A stretch of 64,000 nucleotides of DNA from Methanocaldococcus sp. 28A (GTDB taxonomy: Archaea; AGJL01; Methanococci; Methanococcales; Methanocaldococcaceae), in the NCBI GenBank assembly GCA_049852185.1, contig CP187540.1, one strand, 5' to 3'. Shown here in pieces: positions 43,932 through 59,402 of the stretch. Position numbers and translations under genes: made by a program. How positions within the stretch are numbered: the first letter of the stretch is position 1; the number at the start of each line of letters is the position of its first letter. Under the pieces are notes generated by a model. It saw nothing but the letters and a program-made list of their open reading frames with translations, was not told where the DNA came from and did no database searches.

Positions 43932-44213
43932 TTATCCAGCTCCACAAGCATCTCCAAAGTCCATATCTGTTAATTTTCCTTCGTCTAATTCTTCTTTTTC
44001 TAATTTTCTAACAACTTCATCAATATCTTCTTTTCTTTCTGCCATCTCTGATTTGTTGATAACTCTTAGTAAGTGAGGTCTATACATTAAATTATTATCT
44101 AATAAAACCCAAATATTCCCATTTTCATCCTTTCTTATATCAACTACTCTTCCTTTTGTTCCAGTATTTATATAAATTACATAATCTCCAACTTTAATGT
44201 TAATTTCATCCAC
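43932..44213 (-). CDS. DUF2098-family protein
   Basis: YINTGTKGRV; C-terminal CGAG. Confidence 0.8.
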   Translation of the reverse strand: MDEINIKVGDYVIYINTGTKGRVVDIRKDENGNIWVLLDNNLMYRPHLLRVINKSEMAERKEDIDEVVRKLEKEELDEGKLTDMDFGDACGAG

Positions 44214-44384
44214 TATCTCACGCTCTACACGCTCTAAATATTTTACAATATACTTTATACTTTTTCCTGAGAGTATTAATAGTTTATTAATCTTATTATT
44301 CTAATCCTAAAAACATTACATATAACAACTTCTCACTATAGGATGCACTCGAAGGATGCGTCCCCAATCCGAAGGGGTTGGGGC

Positions 44385-44428
44385 TGAGGCAAGCCCACGA
44401 CTGGTGGTGAAACCCCGCAGCAACCAGC
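44385..44428 (+). other. 5' arm of the pre-16S processing stem (bulge-helix-bulge)
   Basis: TGAGGCAAGCCCACGACTGGT...CCCCGCAGCAACCAGC pairs with 45964-46007. Confidence 0.8.
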
Positions 44429-44471
44429 CGCAAGAAAGGTTTATCCTTTCTTGCGACCGTGCTCCTACTTA

Positions 44472-45953
<1,482 letters not shown>

Positions 45954-46017
45954 GAGAAAAAAGTGCTGGTTGCTGCGGGGCACCAAACCAGTCGTGGGCT
46001 TGCCTCATAGGGAAAGT

Positions 46018-46090
46018 GGGCCCGTAGCTCAGCTGGGAGAGCGCCGGCCTTGCAAGCCGGAGGCCGTGGGTTCAAATCCCACCGGGTCCA
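46018..46090 (+). tRNA. tRNA-Ala(UGC)
   Basis: GGGCCCG/CGGGTCC acceptor stem, anticodon loop CTTGCAA, GGTTCAAATCC T-arm; CCA not encoded. Confidence 0.97.
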
Positions 46091-46189
46091 CTATATATGC
46101 AGCCTGCGACTCTAAAGAGTTGCAGGTGAAGGGCCTGAAAAACATGAGGGCCATGCATAGGCTTCCACATCCCGGTGAAATCTGGATAC

Positions 46190-49190
<3,001 letters not shown>

Positions 49191-49358
49191 AGGGTATCCA
49201 GACACTAAGCGGATGTGGAAGCCTATGCATGGCCTAAAAAATCTCGGGAATATTTAATCGAAGTTTATGGAGTTTATATTTTATTTTACTCCATTACATT
49301 TATTAATTTAAATATATAAATAAAATAAAAGTTAAAAATAAAAAATTAGTGTAAGAGA

Positions 49359-50762
49359 TTAATTTTTCTTTTTCTTCTTATATGGTTCTTCTTTTGTAAT
49401 AATAATTTTTTCAGCTTTAATTACAGCATTGTATAAGACTATTTTTATTCCTGGTGGTAATCCAGCAAATGTTCCTGGTAGAGTCATTGTTGGTACATCA
49501 ATTCCTTCAACTTCCTCCATTTCTTCTACTTCTTCCTCTTCAGTAGCTTCTTCCTCAATTCCAACACCTATTCTTTCAGCACATGGATGCCCCTTCTCTT
49601 TCAAGAATTTAATTAACTCATCGGTAGTCTTAACATCTTCTTCAGTAGCTATTTTATCATACAACTCTTTAGGTATTGCTTCTTTAACTCTTTCTTTCAA
49701 CTCTTTTGGAAGCCAAACTACTCTCTCCCAACCTCCATCCCCTTGTAAAAACTTAGGCGATTTCATATAAGCGATAGATATTCCAACAAATCCTGGAACT
49801 TGTTTCCCTCCACTACACTGCCCCGCTAATGTCGAAAATGGAATACCCATTGGGGTTTCTCCTTTAAATCCTCTATGTGCTATCCCAAATCCATCAACTT
49901 CAGGGATGTAGAAAGCAACTGCTTCGAAACAACCACATGAAGTGCAAGGTTTTTCTAATCCACTATGCAAAGTTACTTCTTCAACAGCACCTTGGGATTT
50001 TTCTCTAACAACTTCATTTACTCCAGAATAAATACCCAATTTTTCATCTAAGCATTCTCCTTTATGTATTTCAAATATAGGTCCATTAGGGTCTATCTTA
50101 GCAGCTGCTCTCGCATCTAAATAATTAATCCCTCCACACAATGCCGGTCTATCAGGAGTTATAACACATACGTGTGTTGGGGCGAAGCTTTGACACATTA
50201 TACATCCATAAAAAACATCAACATCTTCTTCATGTAATGCCTTTGTTTTCTCATCCCTATTGTTATATATTTCTCTCGCTTTTTCTAATTCTTCTTTAAC
50301 TTTATCAGGGTCTGTTATTATAATTACATCACATTTTTCTATGAATGGAAACTCTGCCTTAAACAATCTTTGAACAACTTTCCCAACATGCTCTAATCTT
50401 AAACCTTTACCAAATGAATCCTTGTTTATTCTAATCCAGATCTGGTCTCTTTGGTTAAGATGCATAACACCTTCAATGTAATTAAAGAACTCGTGAATTC
50501 TTCTCTCTAAAACTCCTTCTAAGTCCTCTTCTAAATTGCTTCCACTTACCTTAACTATTATAGCGAATGGGTTTCTACTCCCTTCCTCCATCTCATCGAT
50601 ATCTTTTCCAATAATTTCAACCTTATCTTCTGCTTTATCAACTACTTTAACCAACTCAAAACCATAACTCTTAGGCCCTGCTAATTCTACATACATATCA
50701 GGTCCTCTAACTCTTTCCCCTTCGTTCATCGGCCCTACGGAAACTGGTATATCATCAAACAT
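49359..50762 (-). CDS. cdhC: acetyl-CoA decarbonylase/synthase beta subunit
   Basis: YGCIMCQSFAPTHVC, ALCG, CTSCGCFE. Confidence 0.95.
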   Translation of the reverse strand: MFDDIPVSVGPMNEGERVRGPDMYVELAGPKSYGFELVKVVDKAEDKVEIIGKDIDEMEEGSRNPFAIIVKVSGSNLEEDLEGVLERRIHEFFNYIEGVMHLNQRDQIWIRINKDSFGKGLRLEHVGKVVQRLFKAEFPFIEKCDVIIITDPDKVKEELEKAREIYNNRDEKTKALHEEDVDVFYGCIMCQSFAPTHVCVITPDRPALCGGINYLDARAAAKIDPNGPIFEIHKGECLDEKLGIYSGVNEVVREKSQGAVEEVTLHSGLEKPCTSCGCFEAVAFYIPEVDGFGIAHRGFKGETPMGIPFSTLAGQCSGGKQVPGFVGISIAYMKSPKFLQGDGGWERVVWLPKELKERVKEAIPKELYDKIATEEDVKTTDELIKFLKEKGHPCAERIGVGIEEEATEEEEVEEMEEVEGIDVPTMTLPGTFAGLPPGIKIVLYNAVIKAEKIIITKEEPYKKKKKN

Positions 50763-50801
50763 ATTTTCTCACCTTTTAGTGTTTTGCTTTTTTCTGATTT
50801 T

Positions 50802-51257
50802 TTATAGATTCTCTCTAACCTCATCTCTTAAAATCTTTAATATTTTCCTTCTCTTCTCTTCTTTCATCATATCAAGGGTTTCTCCAGATACCAACAATAA
50901 AGCGTTATCTTTACAAGTTTCTATACATGCAGGTGTTATTCTATCAGTATCTAAGCAGAGAGTGCATTTGTGAGCAACTTTATTTTTTATAAATATGGCT
51001 CCTATAGGGCACGCAATTGCACACATTCCACAGGCAATACATCTTTCTTTTTCTACAATAGGAATTCCATCTTTTAGGTAAATTGCATCAACAGGACAGA
51101 TTTCTTTACAAGGGGCTTTTTCACATTGCATACAAAATATTGGAATACCATCAATCTTTCTTACTCTACTTTCTCCATGAATCTCTTTGCAGATGTTTAT
51201 GCAATCATAACATTTGGTGCATTTTTCAGGATTTAAGACAATGATTTTTGGATTCAT
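50802..51257 (-). CDS. CooF-like 4Fe-4S protein in the cdh operon
   Basis: Four Cys clusters. Confidence 0.88.
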   Translation of the reverse strand: MNPKIIVLNPEKCTKCYDCINICKEIHGESRVRKIDGIPIFCMQCEKAPCKEICPVDAIYLKDGIPIVEKERCIACGMCAIACPIGAIFIKNKVAHKCTLCLDTDRITPACIETCKDNALLLVSGETLDMMKEEKRRKILKILRDEVRENL

Positions 51258-51258
51258 A

Positions 51259-51699
51259 TTATCCCTCCAACAATTTCTTCAAATAATCCAAATACTCATC
51301 CTTACTGAGATTTGGGAATGAATAGAGAGTATTTGGTTGATAATACTTGTCTATAGAAACGGTAGTTACATTTGAGAACTGTTTTAGATGTGTTGCTGCC
51401 TGAGCTAAGTAATAATAAGTTATTCCAGTGAATAGAGTTAAATCATAATCACTGTTTGATAAATATTTCATTATTGCCATTAGATTCATGTCTTCTGGTG
51501 TTTTTATTACTTTTAAATTGTATTTTTCAATTAATTTGTTGATTAACTCTTTTTCCTCATCTTCCAAGTTCTCTCCTAATATTAAAATAGGTTTTTTAGC
51601 TCTTCTAATCATCATTTTAACCAATGTTGGATTTGTTATTTCAGCATGAGCCACATTACTTCCAGCAGTTGGAATATAGGCAGTAAATCTCTCATCCAT
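51259..51699 (-). CDS. cdhB: ACDS epsilon subunit
   Basis: RAKKPILILG, GITYY, IDKYYQPN...SFPN. Confidence 0.92.
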   Translation of the reverse strand: MDERFTAYIPTAGSNVAHAEITNPTLVKMMIRRAKKPILILGENLEDEEKELINKLIEKYNLKVIKTPEDMNLMAIMKYLSNSDYDLTLFTGITYYYLAQAATHLKQFSNVTTVSIDKYYQPNTLYSFPNLSKDEYLDYLKKLLEG

Positions 51700-51745
51700 A
51701 AGTATCACCAAATTCAAAAAATTTGAATGAAATTAATAATGAAAT

Positions 51746-54073
51746 TTAATAAAGAATTGTTGGGTCTTGTGGATATTTCTCCAAAGGTTTCCAACCTTTT
51801 TCTTTTAGATAATTCATTATCTTATCTTTCATCATAAATGGAATGTCTTTTTCAGTTCTAACGAATTTTTCTAAGTCAGGTGGCATTTTTCCAAAGTATT
51901 TTTCGTATAAATCAACATAGTGATAGATTTTGTTAGCTCTACCCTTTGGATTATCATTTGGTCTCATACATAGCTTTGGAATCATACAGATACATTCTTT
52001 AACATTTTCGGCAGTTACAATTAAATGTTCAGGGACAGGGTCTATCTCCATAATTTCTCCTGTTTTTTTATCTTTAACTTTGAATTTCTCTCCATTGCTT
52101 AAATACAACCTTCTATACTTAGCTCCATGTGGTCCAACAATAACCGGGATTCCCCATCTATTGACTCCAGTAGCAATTGCAGCAGCTTTTTGGCTCATAG
52201 CACCCCATGCAACTCCAACAGCTCCAACTTTGTTTAATATATAGTCAGCTACTTCAGCATAATTGCCTCTTAATGGAACCTTAGCAAAGATGTTGGCTAT
52301 TTTTATAGCAGCCCCAGTAATGTGGCAATTTGATAAACATGAACCGCAATTTACTAGCCCTCCAGCCCTAAATTCTCCAGGATATTTTTCATATAGTGTT
52401 TTACCATCTTTATCCTTCCACATTCCAATTGCCATTGCCGCACATCCAGTGGCTACAACTATATACTTCCTCTCTAAGAATTCCTTAGCCATTAAAGCTA
52501 CTTCCTCCTCTCCATTTGGATGGTTTGAACATCCAACGAATGCAACAACTCCTGGAATATCTCCAAACACAATTGGAGCTCCAACACTTCTAATCTCAAC
52601 ATCTTTAATAGGTCCTCTACCAGCTCTCATCTTGAATTTTAAATCTTTGAAATAAGCTTCTCCAACTTTTGTAGTCATGCTAACTATTGGCAAGTTTCTT
52701 GGGCAGATTGTTTCACATCTTCCACAGCCATAACATTTTTTGTATAAATCAACAAATCCATCAAAATTACCTTGTTTTGCTAAAATCATAGCTTCTTTAA
52801 CCTTAAATGCATTAGGACAATTTCTATTACACCATCCACACTCGGTACATTGCTTTGCCAATTCCACAACTTTATTTAAATCTGGTAAAGCTTTTCTATC
52901 ATTTCTTTCTTTAGCAACTATCTTAGCTACTTCAACAGCGACTTTTCCAACCTTTTCCTCATCTAAAATTAAAGCAGCTCTGTTTCTTAATAAGTAGCCA
53001 ATAATTTCATCTTCACTTAAATGAGATACATCTTCTAAACCTAAGCACATCTTTTCATTTGTAGCTATAAGAACAGCCCCTGTTTTTAAAACCTCCTCTA
53101 ATATATCAGTTCTAATACACTGTTCATCTACTATAACAACATCTGCTACTCCACTTCTAATGAACATCAACTGTCTTGATAAAGGACCAACAATTTTTGC
53201 CTTATCAGAAACTCTTGTTATATCTATTGCCGTACAGCAGATACCACAAACCTCTACTTCATCTTCCATGTTATTCTTTTCCAAATATTCTAATATATAA
53301 CTACCTGGAACTACGTTATGACCTATACACAAAATAATTGGCTTATTCTTATCTATACAACCAAATCCTAACTCTATTAATGGAGCGTCATCATCTCCTT
53401 TAGGCATATTATATGCTACTATTTGAGCTATATCTCCCACTTCCCTTGCTAAATCATCAATCATTCCAGCATGCAGTGCTTTACTTTCAAAGTCTAAGTA
53501 ATCTCCCTCCTGCCCAGTATGTGCCGCTGATAAGAGATGAGTTATTTGCTCTTCACAATAATCTAAAATTTTCTCTAAATCTCCTAATGTCTTTGGTTTA
53601 ATTCCAGTAACTGTTCTTGTTATTGGAGCTTCAACTTCTATCTCATTACCTAAGTTAATTGGATAATCTTTTCCTAACTTTTCAATTAGATGATGAACTA
53701 AGTGCCTACTATGTCCTGTATGACATGCTGCTCCAATACAGCAGGCTATTAAAACAATCCTTCCTTGTTGTGCTTTAATATTTAAACCACATGCTCCTTT
53801 CTTCCCTCTGCTTAAATCACACTTTCCAAAGGTACAGAGACAACACAAATCACAGATTGGCATGTAAAATGGGGGATACCTCTTTAATAGCTTAAAATCC
53901 CAATGTCTCAATGTAGGAACCTTTGGCATTGGTGTAGGACCCATTGGTTCCCAATCTTCAGCCTCTTTCTCTTCACCAAACTTTATATTCATTGATATGT
54001 GAGCATTTTTCATCTTAACTAAAGGTGTGAGAAGTCTTTTAATATCTATTTCTATGTTATCTCCCATAACCAT
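51746..54073 (-). CDS. cdhA: ACDS alpha subunit (CO dehydrogenase)
   Basis: [30 protein letters not shown]. Confidence 0.96.
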   Translation of the reverse strand: MVMGDNIEIDIKRLLTPLVKMKNAHISMNIKFGEEKEAEDWEPMGPTPMPKVPTLRHWDFKLLKRYPPFYMPICDLCCLCTFGKCDLSRGKKGACGLNIKAQQGRIVLIACCIGAACHTGHSRHLVHHLIEKLGKDYPINLGNEIEVEAPITRTVTGIKPKTLGDLEKILDYCEEQITHLLSAAHTGQEGDYLDFESKALHAGMIDDLAREVGDIAQIVAYNMPKGDDDAPLIELGFGCIDKNKPIILCIGHNVVPGSYILEYLEKNNMEDEVEVCGICCTAIDITRVSDKAKIVGPLSRQLMFIRSGVADVVIVDEQCIRTDILEEVLKTGAVLIATNEKMCLGLEDVSHLSEDEIIGYLLRNRAALILDEEKVGKVAVEVAKIVAKERNDRKALPDLNKVVELAKQCTECGWCNRNCPNAFKVKEAMILAKQGNFDGFVDLYKKCYGCGRCETICPRNLPIVSMTTKVGEAYFKDLKFKMRAGRGPIKDVEIRSVGAPIVFGDIPGVVAFVGCSNHPNGEEEVALMAKEFLERKYIVVATGCAAMAIGMWKDKDGKTLYEKYPGEFRAGGLVNCGSCLSNCHITGAAIKIANIFAKVPLRGNYAEVADYILNKVGAVGVAWGAMSQKAAAIATGVNRWGIPVIVGPHGAKYRRLYLSNGEKFKVKDKKTGEIMEIDPVPEHLIVTAENVKECICMIPKLCMRPNDNPKGRANKIYHYVDLYEKYFGKMPPDLEKFVRTEKDIPFMMKDKIMNYLKEKGWKPLEKYPQDPTILY

Positions 54074-54295
54074 CACTTTTTAATTGTCATGATTAATCAT
54101 TATAATTCCAAGGTTAGTTTTTAAAACTTTAATATATAAAGTTTGTTATGACTAAAGCTAAATTTGGTATGAATATGAGGAGAAAATATTTTCATTTAAT
54201 AAAAAATTATGCATTTCGTAAGTTATTTTTAGAAATATTATAAAAATATATATTGATTAATTTAAAAAAATAAATATAAAATGAAAAATAAAAAT

Positions 54296-54571
54296 TAAAG
54301 CAAAATCAAGTCCTTCTTTTTCTTCTTTTTTATCAATTACAGTTTCATGTTCTTTTTTTCTTCAACAGCGTCTTCTGATTTCTTAATTATTGGATGTCCC
54401 TTCTCTTTTAAGAATTTAATTAACTCATCGGTAGTTTTAACATCTTCCTATTCTCACTGCCTGAAATATAGATAAATGGTATTAGATTTCCCAATGTTCT
54501 CTCTGGGGGATTATTATTTATTAAATCTTTAATATCTTTCCTGATTTTTTATGCAAAAGCTCTTTGTCCAT
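54296..54571 (-). pseudogene. relic of a second acetyl-CoA synthase beta gene (cdhC paralog/AcsB-like)
   Basis: 54392-54447 is nearly identical to cdhC 49585-49640 and encodes EDVKTTDELIKFLKEKGHP, then a different acidic tail; preceded by an in-frame stop; orphan SD+ATG at 54571. Confidence 0.7.
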
Positions 54572-54667
54572 GCTATCCCTCATATAGTCAAAAGTTTATA
54601 TTTTGTTGAAAATAAGTTATGGTGGTTAAGTATGGAATATAGTGAATAATATTAATAAAATAATATT

Positions 54668-54847
54668 ATGTATCTTAGAGATATTGCATTTGAATTCTTT
54701 ATAATGATTGCCTTAGGTATTTTTATTGGTCATATCATAGCAGAATATACAGATAATAATTTGTGGATAGTTGTCTTTTTATTGTTTGGCATTTTTTGTG
54801 CATTTGTTAGATTTTTTAAAGCTATTAAAGATTATGAAAAAAGGTGA
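54668..54847 (+). CDS. 59-aa two-TM membrane protein (AtpZ/AtpI-like)
   Basis: MYLRDIAFEFFIMIALGIFIGHIIAEYTDNNLWIVVFLLFGIFCAFVRFFKAIKDYEKR; stop overlaps the cbf5 SD. Not in the ORF track. Confidence 0.7.
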   Translation: MYLRDIAFEFFIMIALGIFIGHIIAEYTDNNLWIVVFLLFGIFCAFVRFFKAIKDYEKR

Positions 54848-54852
54848 TTTTA

Positions 54853-55854
54853 TTGGAAAAAACTCAAGAAAAAAAGATAAATAATAAAGAAGAGTTTATA
54901 GTTAGAGAAGATGCTGAAACTAACTGGGATTATGGTTGTAACCCTTATGAAAGAAAGATAGAAGATTTAATAAAATATGGTGTTGTTGTAATTGATAAAC
55001 CAAGAGGTCCTACATCTCATGAGGTTTCAACATGGGTTAAAAAAATTTTAAACTTAGATAAAGCTGGACATGGTGGGACATTAGACCCAAAGGTTACTGG
55101 TGTTTTGCCAGTAGCTTTAGAGAGAGCTACAAAAACAATTCCTATGTGGCATATTCCCCCTAAAGAATATATTTGCCTAATGCATCTACATAGAGATGCC
55201 TCTGAAGAAGATATATTGAGAGTTTTTAAAGAGTTTACTGGAAGGATTTATCAAAGACCTCCATTAAAAGCAGCTGTTAAAAGAAGATTGAGAATAAGGA
55301 AGATTTATGAGTTAGAGCTTTTAGATAAAGAGGGAAAAGATGTTTTGTTTAGGGTTAAGTGTCAATCTGGGACTTATATAAGAAAGCTATGTGAAGATTT
55401 AGGTGAAGCTTTAGGAACCTCAGCTCATATGCAAGAGCTTAGAAGAGTTAAAAGTGGATGTTTTGAAGAGAAAGATGCAGTATATTTGCAAGATTTACTT
55501 GATGCTTATCATTTTTGGAAAGAAGATAATGATGAAGAAGAGCTAAGAAGAATAATAAAGCCAATGGAATATGGATTGAAGCATTTAAAAAAAGTTGTTG
55601 TTAAAGATTCAGCAGTTGATGCTATTTGTCATGGAGCAGATGTTTATGTTAAAGGAATAGCTAAATTGAGTAAAGGTATTGGAAAAGGAGAGACGGTTTT
55701 AGTTGAGACTTTGAAGGGAGAGGCTATTGGTGTAGGAAAAGCTTTAATGAACACAAAAGAGATTTTAAATGCAGATAAAGGTGTAGCTGTTGATGTTGAG
55801 AGGGTTTATATGGATAGAGGAACTTATCCAAGGATGTGGAAGAGGAAGAAATAA
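54853..55854 (+). CDS. cbf5: H/ACA RNA-guided pseudouridine synthase Cbf5 (TruB family)
   Basis: DKPRGPTSHEV, GHGGTLDPKVTG, GTYIRKL, PUA domain. Confidence 0.96.
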   Translation: MEKTQEKKINNKEEFIVREDAETNWDYGCNPYERKIEDLIKYGVVVIDKPRGPTSHEVSTWVKKILNLDKAGHGGTLDPKVTGVLPVALERATKTIPMWHIPPKEYICLMHLHRDASEEDILRVFKEFTGRIYQRPPLKAAVKRRLRIRKIYELELLDKEGKDVLFRVKCQSGTYIRKLCEDLGEALGTSAHMQELRRVKSGCFEEKDAVYLQDLLDAYHFWKEDNDEEELRRIIKPMEYGLKHLKKVVVKDSAVDAICHGADVYVKGIAKLSKGIGKGETVLVETLKGEAIGVGKALMNTKEILNADKGVAVDVERVYMDRGTYPRMWKRKK

Positions 55855-56023
55855 CTTAAAAATTTTTATAAATTTTTATTTTAATTAGTCTATTTTTTTA
55901 TCATATTTTATATTATATTTTTTAATTTTAGTAGGTGTGCATTTATGAAAGTTGGAATTACTGCTATAAGTACCACCAGAAATTATTTATTCATGTATCG
56001 TATCTATAAATAACTATTTCTAT

Positions 56024-56299
56024 TTACGAATATTTTTGTATTTTAAATAACAACTTTTCATATCTATTTATCCGTTCAACAAGTTTATTATATCTTATTT
56101 TTGGAAATAAACCAAAACCTCCGATTAATATCTCATAAGCTCTCTTATACACACCTGAAAAATACATCATTGCCAAAACCATAAAGATTATTGAATTTTT
56201 GTATTTCCGATTTCTTCACGTTATCATACCATATATTTTTTTGTTATATATCTTCTATTACTATGTTTGTATATTTATATGTTTGATAGAACATAGGGT
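56024..56299 (-). mobile_element. IS982-family relic (transposase N-terminal fragment)
   Basis: 56182-56024 encodes LAMMYFSGVYKRAYEILIGGFGLFPKIRYNKLVERINRYEKLL, recalled as matching Thermococcales IS982-type transposases; candidate left end 5'-ACCCTATG at 56299. Confidence 0.65.
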
Positions 56300-56410
56300 T
56301 AAATTTATAAACAAAATTTAAATAGTTGATGATTTAAAACTAAATAAATAGCTTTATTCTATTGAAAGTCCTATTCAAAATCATAATAAAACCATTAGGA
56401 GGTTTTTGGT

Positions 56411-57085
56411 TTGAAGCCAAAATATGCATTAAGGAAGGATATGATTGGAGAATTTACACTAAACAAATCTTTTAATACTTATAGAGGTAAGGTTTTAAAA
56501 GCTGATTTTAACGGACCTATAGAAGGTATAGTAATGAAAAACAAAAAAGAGCAAATATATTTTTATCCTCTTTTAGCTTTGCATATGGTTAAGCCTATGA
56601 ACTGTATTCCTATAAATGTTATTCCAAAAACATCTCTACCCACAAATCCAAAAAATGTGCATATTAAAGAGGCATTATCAAGAATTGTTGGTAGAACTTT
56701 GAAAGTCTATTATGAAAACCCAAAAACATCTTATTTAGGAAGATTGTTAGGTTTTACAAGAGGAATTTTCTCATGGACTTTAGTTTTAGAGATACATGGA
56801 GAGGTAGTTTTATTGTTCAATCCAGATTATATTGTCTATTATGGGACAACATGGAAGTTTTTAAAAAATAATCCTCCATACAAACCACCAAGATTGATGA
56901 ATGTTACAAAAACAGCTAACTATTTAAAGAGATGTCTATTAGAAGATGTAATTATAGAGCCAGAATATCCAAGAATAAAAATTGAAAATAAGGTTTTTGT
57001 TTATCCTTATGGGGTAGTATCTAAGGATGATTATTTAGGAAAAACAGTTGAGAACATATTAAAAGAAAAAGAGTTCTTAATTTAA
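56411..57085 (+). CDS. conserved hypothetical protein
   Basis: 224-aa ORF, GGAGGT SD, TTG start. Confidence 0.8.
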   Translation: MKPKYALRKDMIGEFTLNKSFNTYRGKVLKADFNGPIEGIVMKNKKEQIYFYPLLALHMVKPMNCIPINVIPKTSLPTNPKNVHIKEALSRIVGRTLKVYYENPKTSYLGRLLGFTRGIFSWTLVLEIHGEVVLLFNPDYIVYYGTTWKFLKNNPPYKPPRLMNVTKTANYLKRCLLEDVIIEPEYPRIKIENKVFVYPYGVVSKDDYLGKTVENILKEKEFLI

Positions 57086-57357
57086 AGATAATTAAAAGAT
57101 AATTGATAAAATCTATTTTTAGTAGTTAAAGATTTTAAAAATTTTAAAATTTTCTTTTTTGTTAGTATCTTTCTAATTTAATCAAAAATGGTTTATAATA
57201 CACTATTTTTTTATATAAAAGCTCAGAAAATTTTAATTTATTTCAGCACCGAAGAGTTTATATATGAGTAATCATTATTTACACTAAAAAATTCTATCAC
57301 TGTTATATATACTCATTCATAAATTGAGAAAAACGTGCGTTTTTGGAGGTGTGTCTT

Positions 57358-57855
57358 ATGAACGATAAAATAAACCCTCTTCATGCTTATTTTAAACTGC
57401 CAAATACTGTTTCTTTAGTAGCAGGTAGTAGTGAAGGAGAAACTCCACTAAATGCTTTTGATGGTGCTTTGTTAAATGCTGGTATAGGGAATGTTAATTT
57501 AATTAGAATAAGTAGTATAATGCCTCCAGGAGCTGAGATTACACCACTTCCCAAATTACCAATGGGAGCTTTAGTTCCAACAGCTTATGGTTATATTATC
57601 AGTGATGTCCCAGGAGAAACAATAGCAGCAGCAATAAGTATTGCTATTCCAAAAGATAATAGCTTATGTGGTTTAATTATGGAATATGAAGGAAAATGTT
57701 CAAAAAAAGAGGCTGAAAAAACAGTTAGGGAGATGGCAAAAATAGGATTTGAGATGAGAGGCTGGGAGTTAGATAGGATTGAATCAATTGCTACTGAACA
57801 TACAGTAGAAAAACTTGGATGTGCGTTTGCTGCAGCTGCATTGTGGTATAAATAA
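57358..57855 (+). CDS. pdaD: pyruvoyl-dependent arginine decarboxylase
   Basis: [22 protein letters not shown]|SIMP self-cleavage site. Confidence 0.95.
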   Translation: MNDKINPLHAYFKLPNTVSLVAGSSEGETPLNAFDGALLNAGIGNVNLIRISSIMPPGAEITPLPKLPMGALVPTAYGYIISDVPGETIAAAISIAIPKDNSLCGLIMEYEGKCSKKEAEKTVREMAKIGFEMRGWELDRIESIATEHTVEKLGCAFAAAALWYK

Positions 57856-58015
57856 GTAAATTAAAATAATTTAAATAGAATCCAAAAATTTAAAACAATA
57901 CTAAAACACTAAAACAATTAAATATAATTAAAATTAATAATTATTTGAAGTGTAAATAATTTAAAGATAATTTAGTTCTCTAATTATTGTTTAATATCCT
58001 TGGGAGGTGAAAAAC

Positions 58016-58387
58016 ATGTTAGAATATTTAGGAAAGCACTTAATATTAGAGTTATGGGGGTGTGACCCAAAAGCATTAGATGACGTTGAAGGAATAGAGA
58101 AAATGTTAGTAGATAGTGTAAAGGCATGTGGAGCAACTTTAATCTGTGTAAAAACTCACAAGTTTTCTCCTCAAGGAGCTACTGGAGTGGCAGTTTTAGC
58201 AGAAAGTCATATATCAATCCATACCTGGCCCGAACTTGGATATGCGGCTATGGATATATTTACATGTGGAGCTCATGTTGAACCTGCAAAAGCAATACCT
58301 ATTATTAAAGAATTTTTAAAACCAAAGCATATTGAAATTTTAGATTTAAAGAGAGGAATAAGATTAAATGAAGGTGATGTTGAGTGA
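58016..58387 (+). CDS. speH: S-adenosylmethionine decarboxylase proenzyme
   Basis: LAE|[16 protein letters not shown]. Confidence 0.95.
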   Translation: MLEYLGKHLILELWGCDPKALDDVEGIEKMLVDSVKACGATLICVKTHKFSPQGATGVAVLAESHISIHTWPELGYAAMDIFTCGAHVEPAKAIPIIKEFLKPKHIEILDLKRGIRLNEGDVE

Positions 58388-59265
58388 ATCACAACAACAA
58401 TTTTAAATGTCATATATGGTTTACGGAGTATCATAGCAACAATATAGCTTTGTCCGTTAGAGTTAAAGATATATTATATATGGATAAATCTGAATTCCAA
58501 GAAATAGAGATTATCGATACCTATGACTTTGGAAAGGTTTTAATCTTAGATAATACTTTTCAAACAACAGAGAGAGATGAATTTATATATCATGAGTTAA
58601 TTGCTCATATACCTCTTTTTACACATCCAAATCCAAAGAATGTTTTAGTTATTGGAGGGGGAGATGGAGGGACTGTTAGAGAGGTAGTTAAGCACAAATC
58701 AGTTGAAACTGTAGATTTTGTTGAGTTAGATAGAAAAGTTATTGAAGCTTGTAAAAAACATATGCCAAAACTAAGCTGTGAAATTGATAATGAAAAGGTT
58801 AATTTGATAATAACAGATGGAATTAGGTATGTTGCTGAAACTGACAAAAAATATGATGTAATTATTGTCGATTGCCCAGACCCTGTTGGACCTGCTAAGG
58901 GGTTATTTGAGAAAGAGTTTTATAAAAATGTATTTAAATGTCTAAAAGATGATGGAATTATGGTCCAGCAGTCAGAAAGCCCATTATACAATTTAGATTT
59001 GATACAAAATATTTGCAGATATTTAAAAGTTGCAGGATTTAAGATAATTATGCCTTATACTTATCCAATGCCAACATATCCAAGTGGATTCTGGAGCTTT
59101 ACATTAGCATCTAAAAAATACAATCCATTAGAAGTTGATGAAGTAAGAATAAAAGAAGCTTTAAAAGATATGGAAACTAAATACTATGATGAAGAAGTTC
59201 ATAAGGGAATATTTTTAGCCTCTCCAAAATTTTTAAAAGATGCGGTAAAAAAAGCTATTGAATAA
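58384..59265 (+). CDS. speE: polyamine aminopropyltransferase (spermidine synthase)
   Basis: [31 protein letters not shown]. Confidence 0.96.
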   Translation: MNHNNNFKCHIWFTEYHSNNIALSVRVKDILYMDKSEFQEIEIIDTYDFGKVLILDNTFQTTERDEFIYHELIAHIPLFTHPNPKNVLVIGGGDGGTVREVVKHKSVETVDFVELDRKVIEACKKHMPKLSCEIDNEKVNLIITDGIRYVAETDKKYDVIIVDCPDPVGPAKGLFEKEFYKNVFKCLKDDGIMVQQSESPLYNLDLIQNICRYLKVAGFKIIMPYTYPMPTYPSGFWSFTLASKKYNPLEVDEVRIKEALKDMETKYYDEEVHKGIFLASPKFLKDAVKKAIE

Positions 59266-59290
59266 CATTATCTCTTTTAACTTTAATATT

Positions 59291-59383
59291 ATAGGACTTT
59301 TTCAGCTTAATATAAAATATGGATAAATTTGATACCTTTAGGTGTCTATATTCAATAAAAATTTTATTCTGCGAAAGTCCTAT
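59291..59383. repeat. Palindromic MITE-like element, family 1
   Basis: ATAGGACTTTTTCAG ... CTGCGAAAGTCCTAT; inner GATACCTTTAGGTGTC. Confidence 0.88.
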
Positions 59384-59402
59384 ATTAATACTGGGTGATT
59401 GA

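Noticed and set aside
44340-44470. GC-rich structured stretch as SRP RNA or a novel ncRNA
   Set aside because: Its core pairs with the post-16S spacer, so it is the pre-rRNA leader.
57856-58000. Short AAAACA(C/A)T repeats between pdaD and speH
   Set aside because: Low-complexity AT-rich spacer without regular period.
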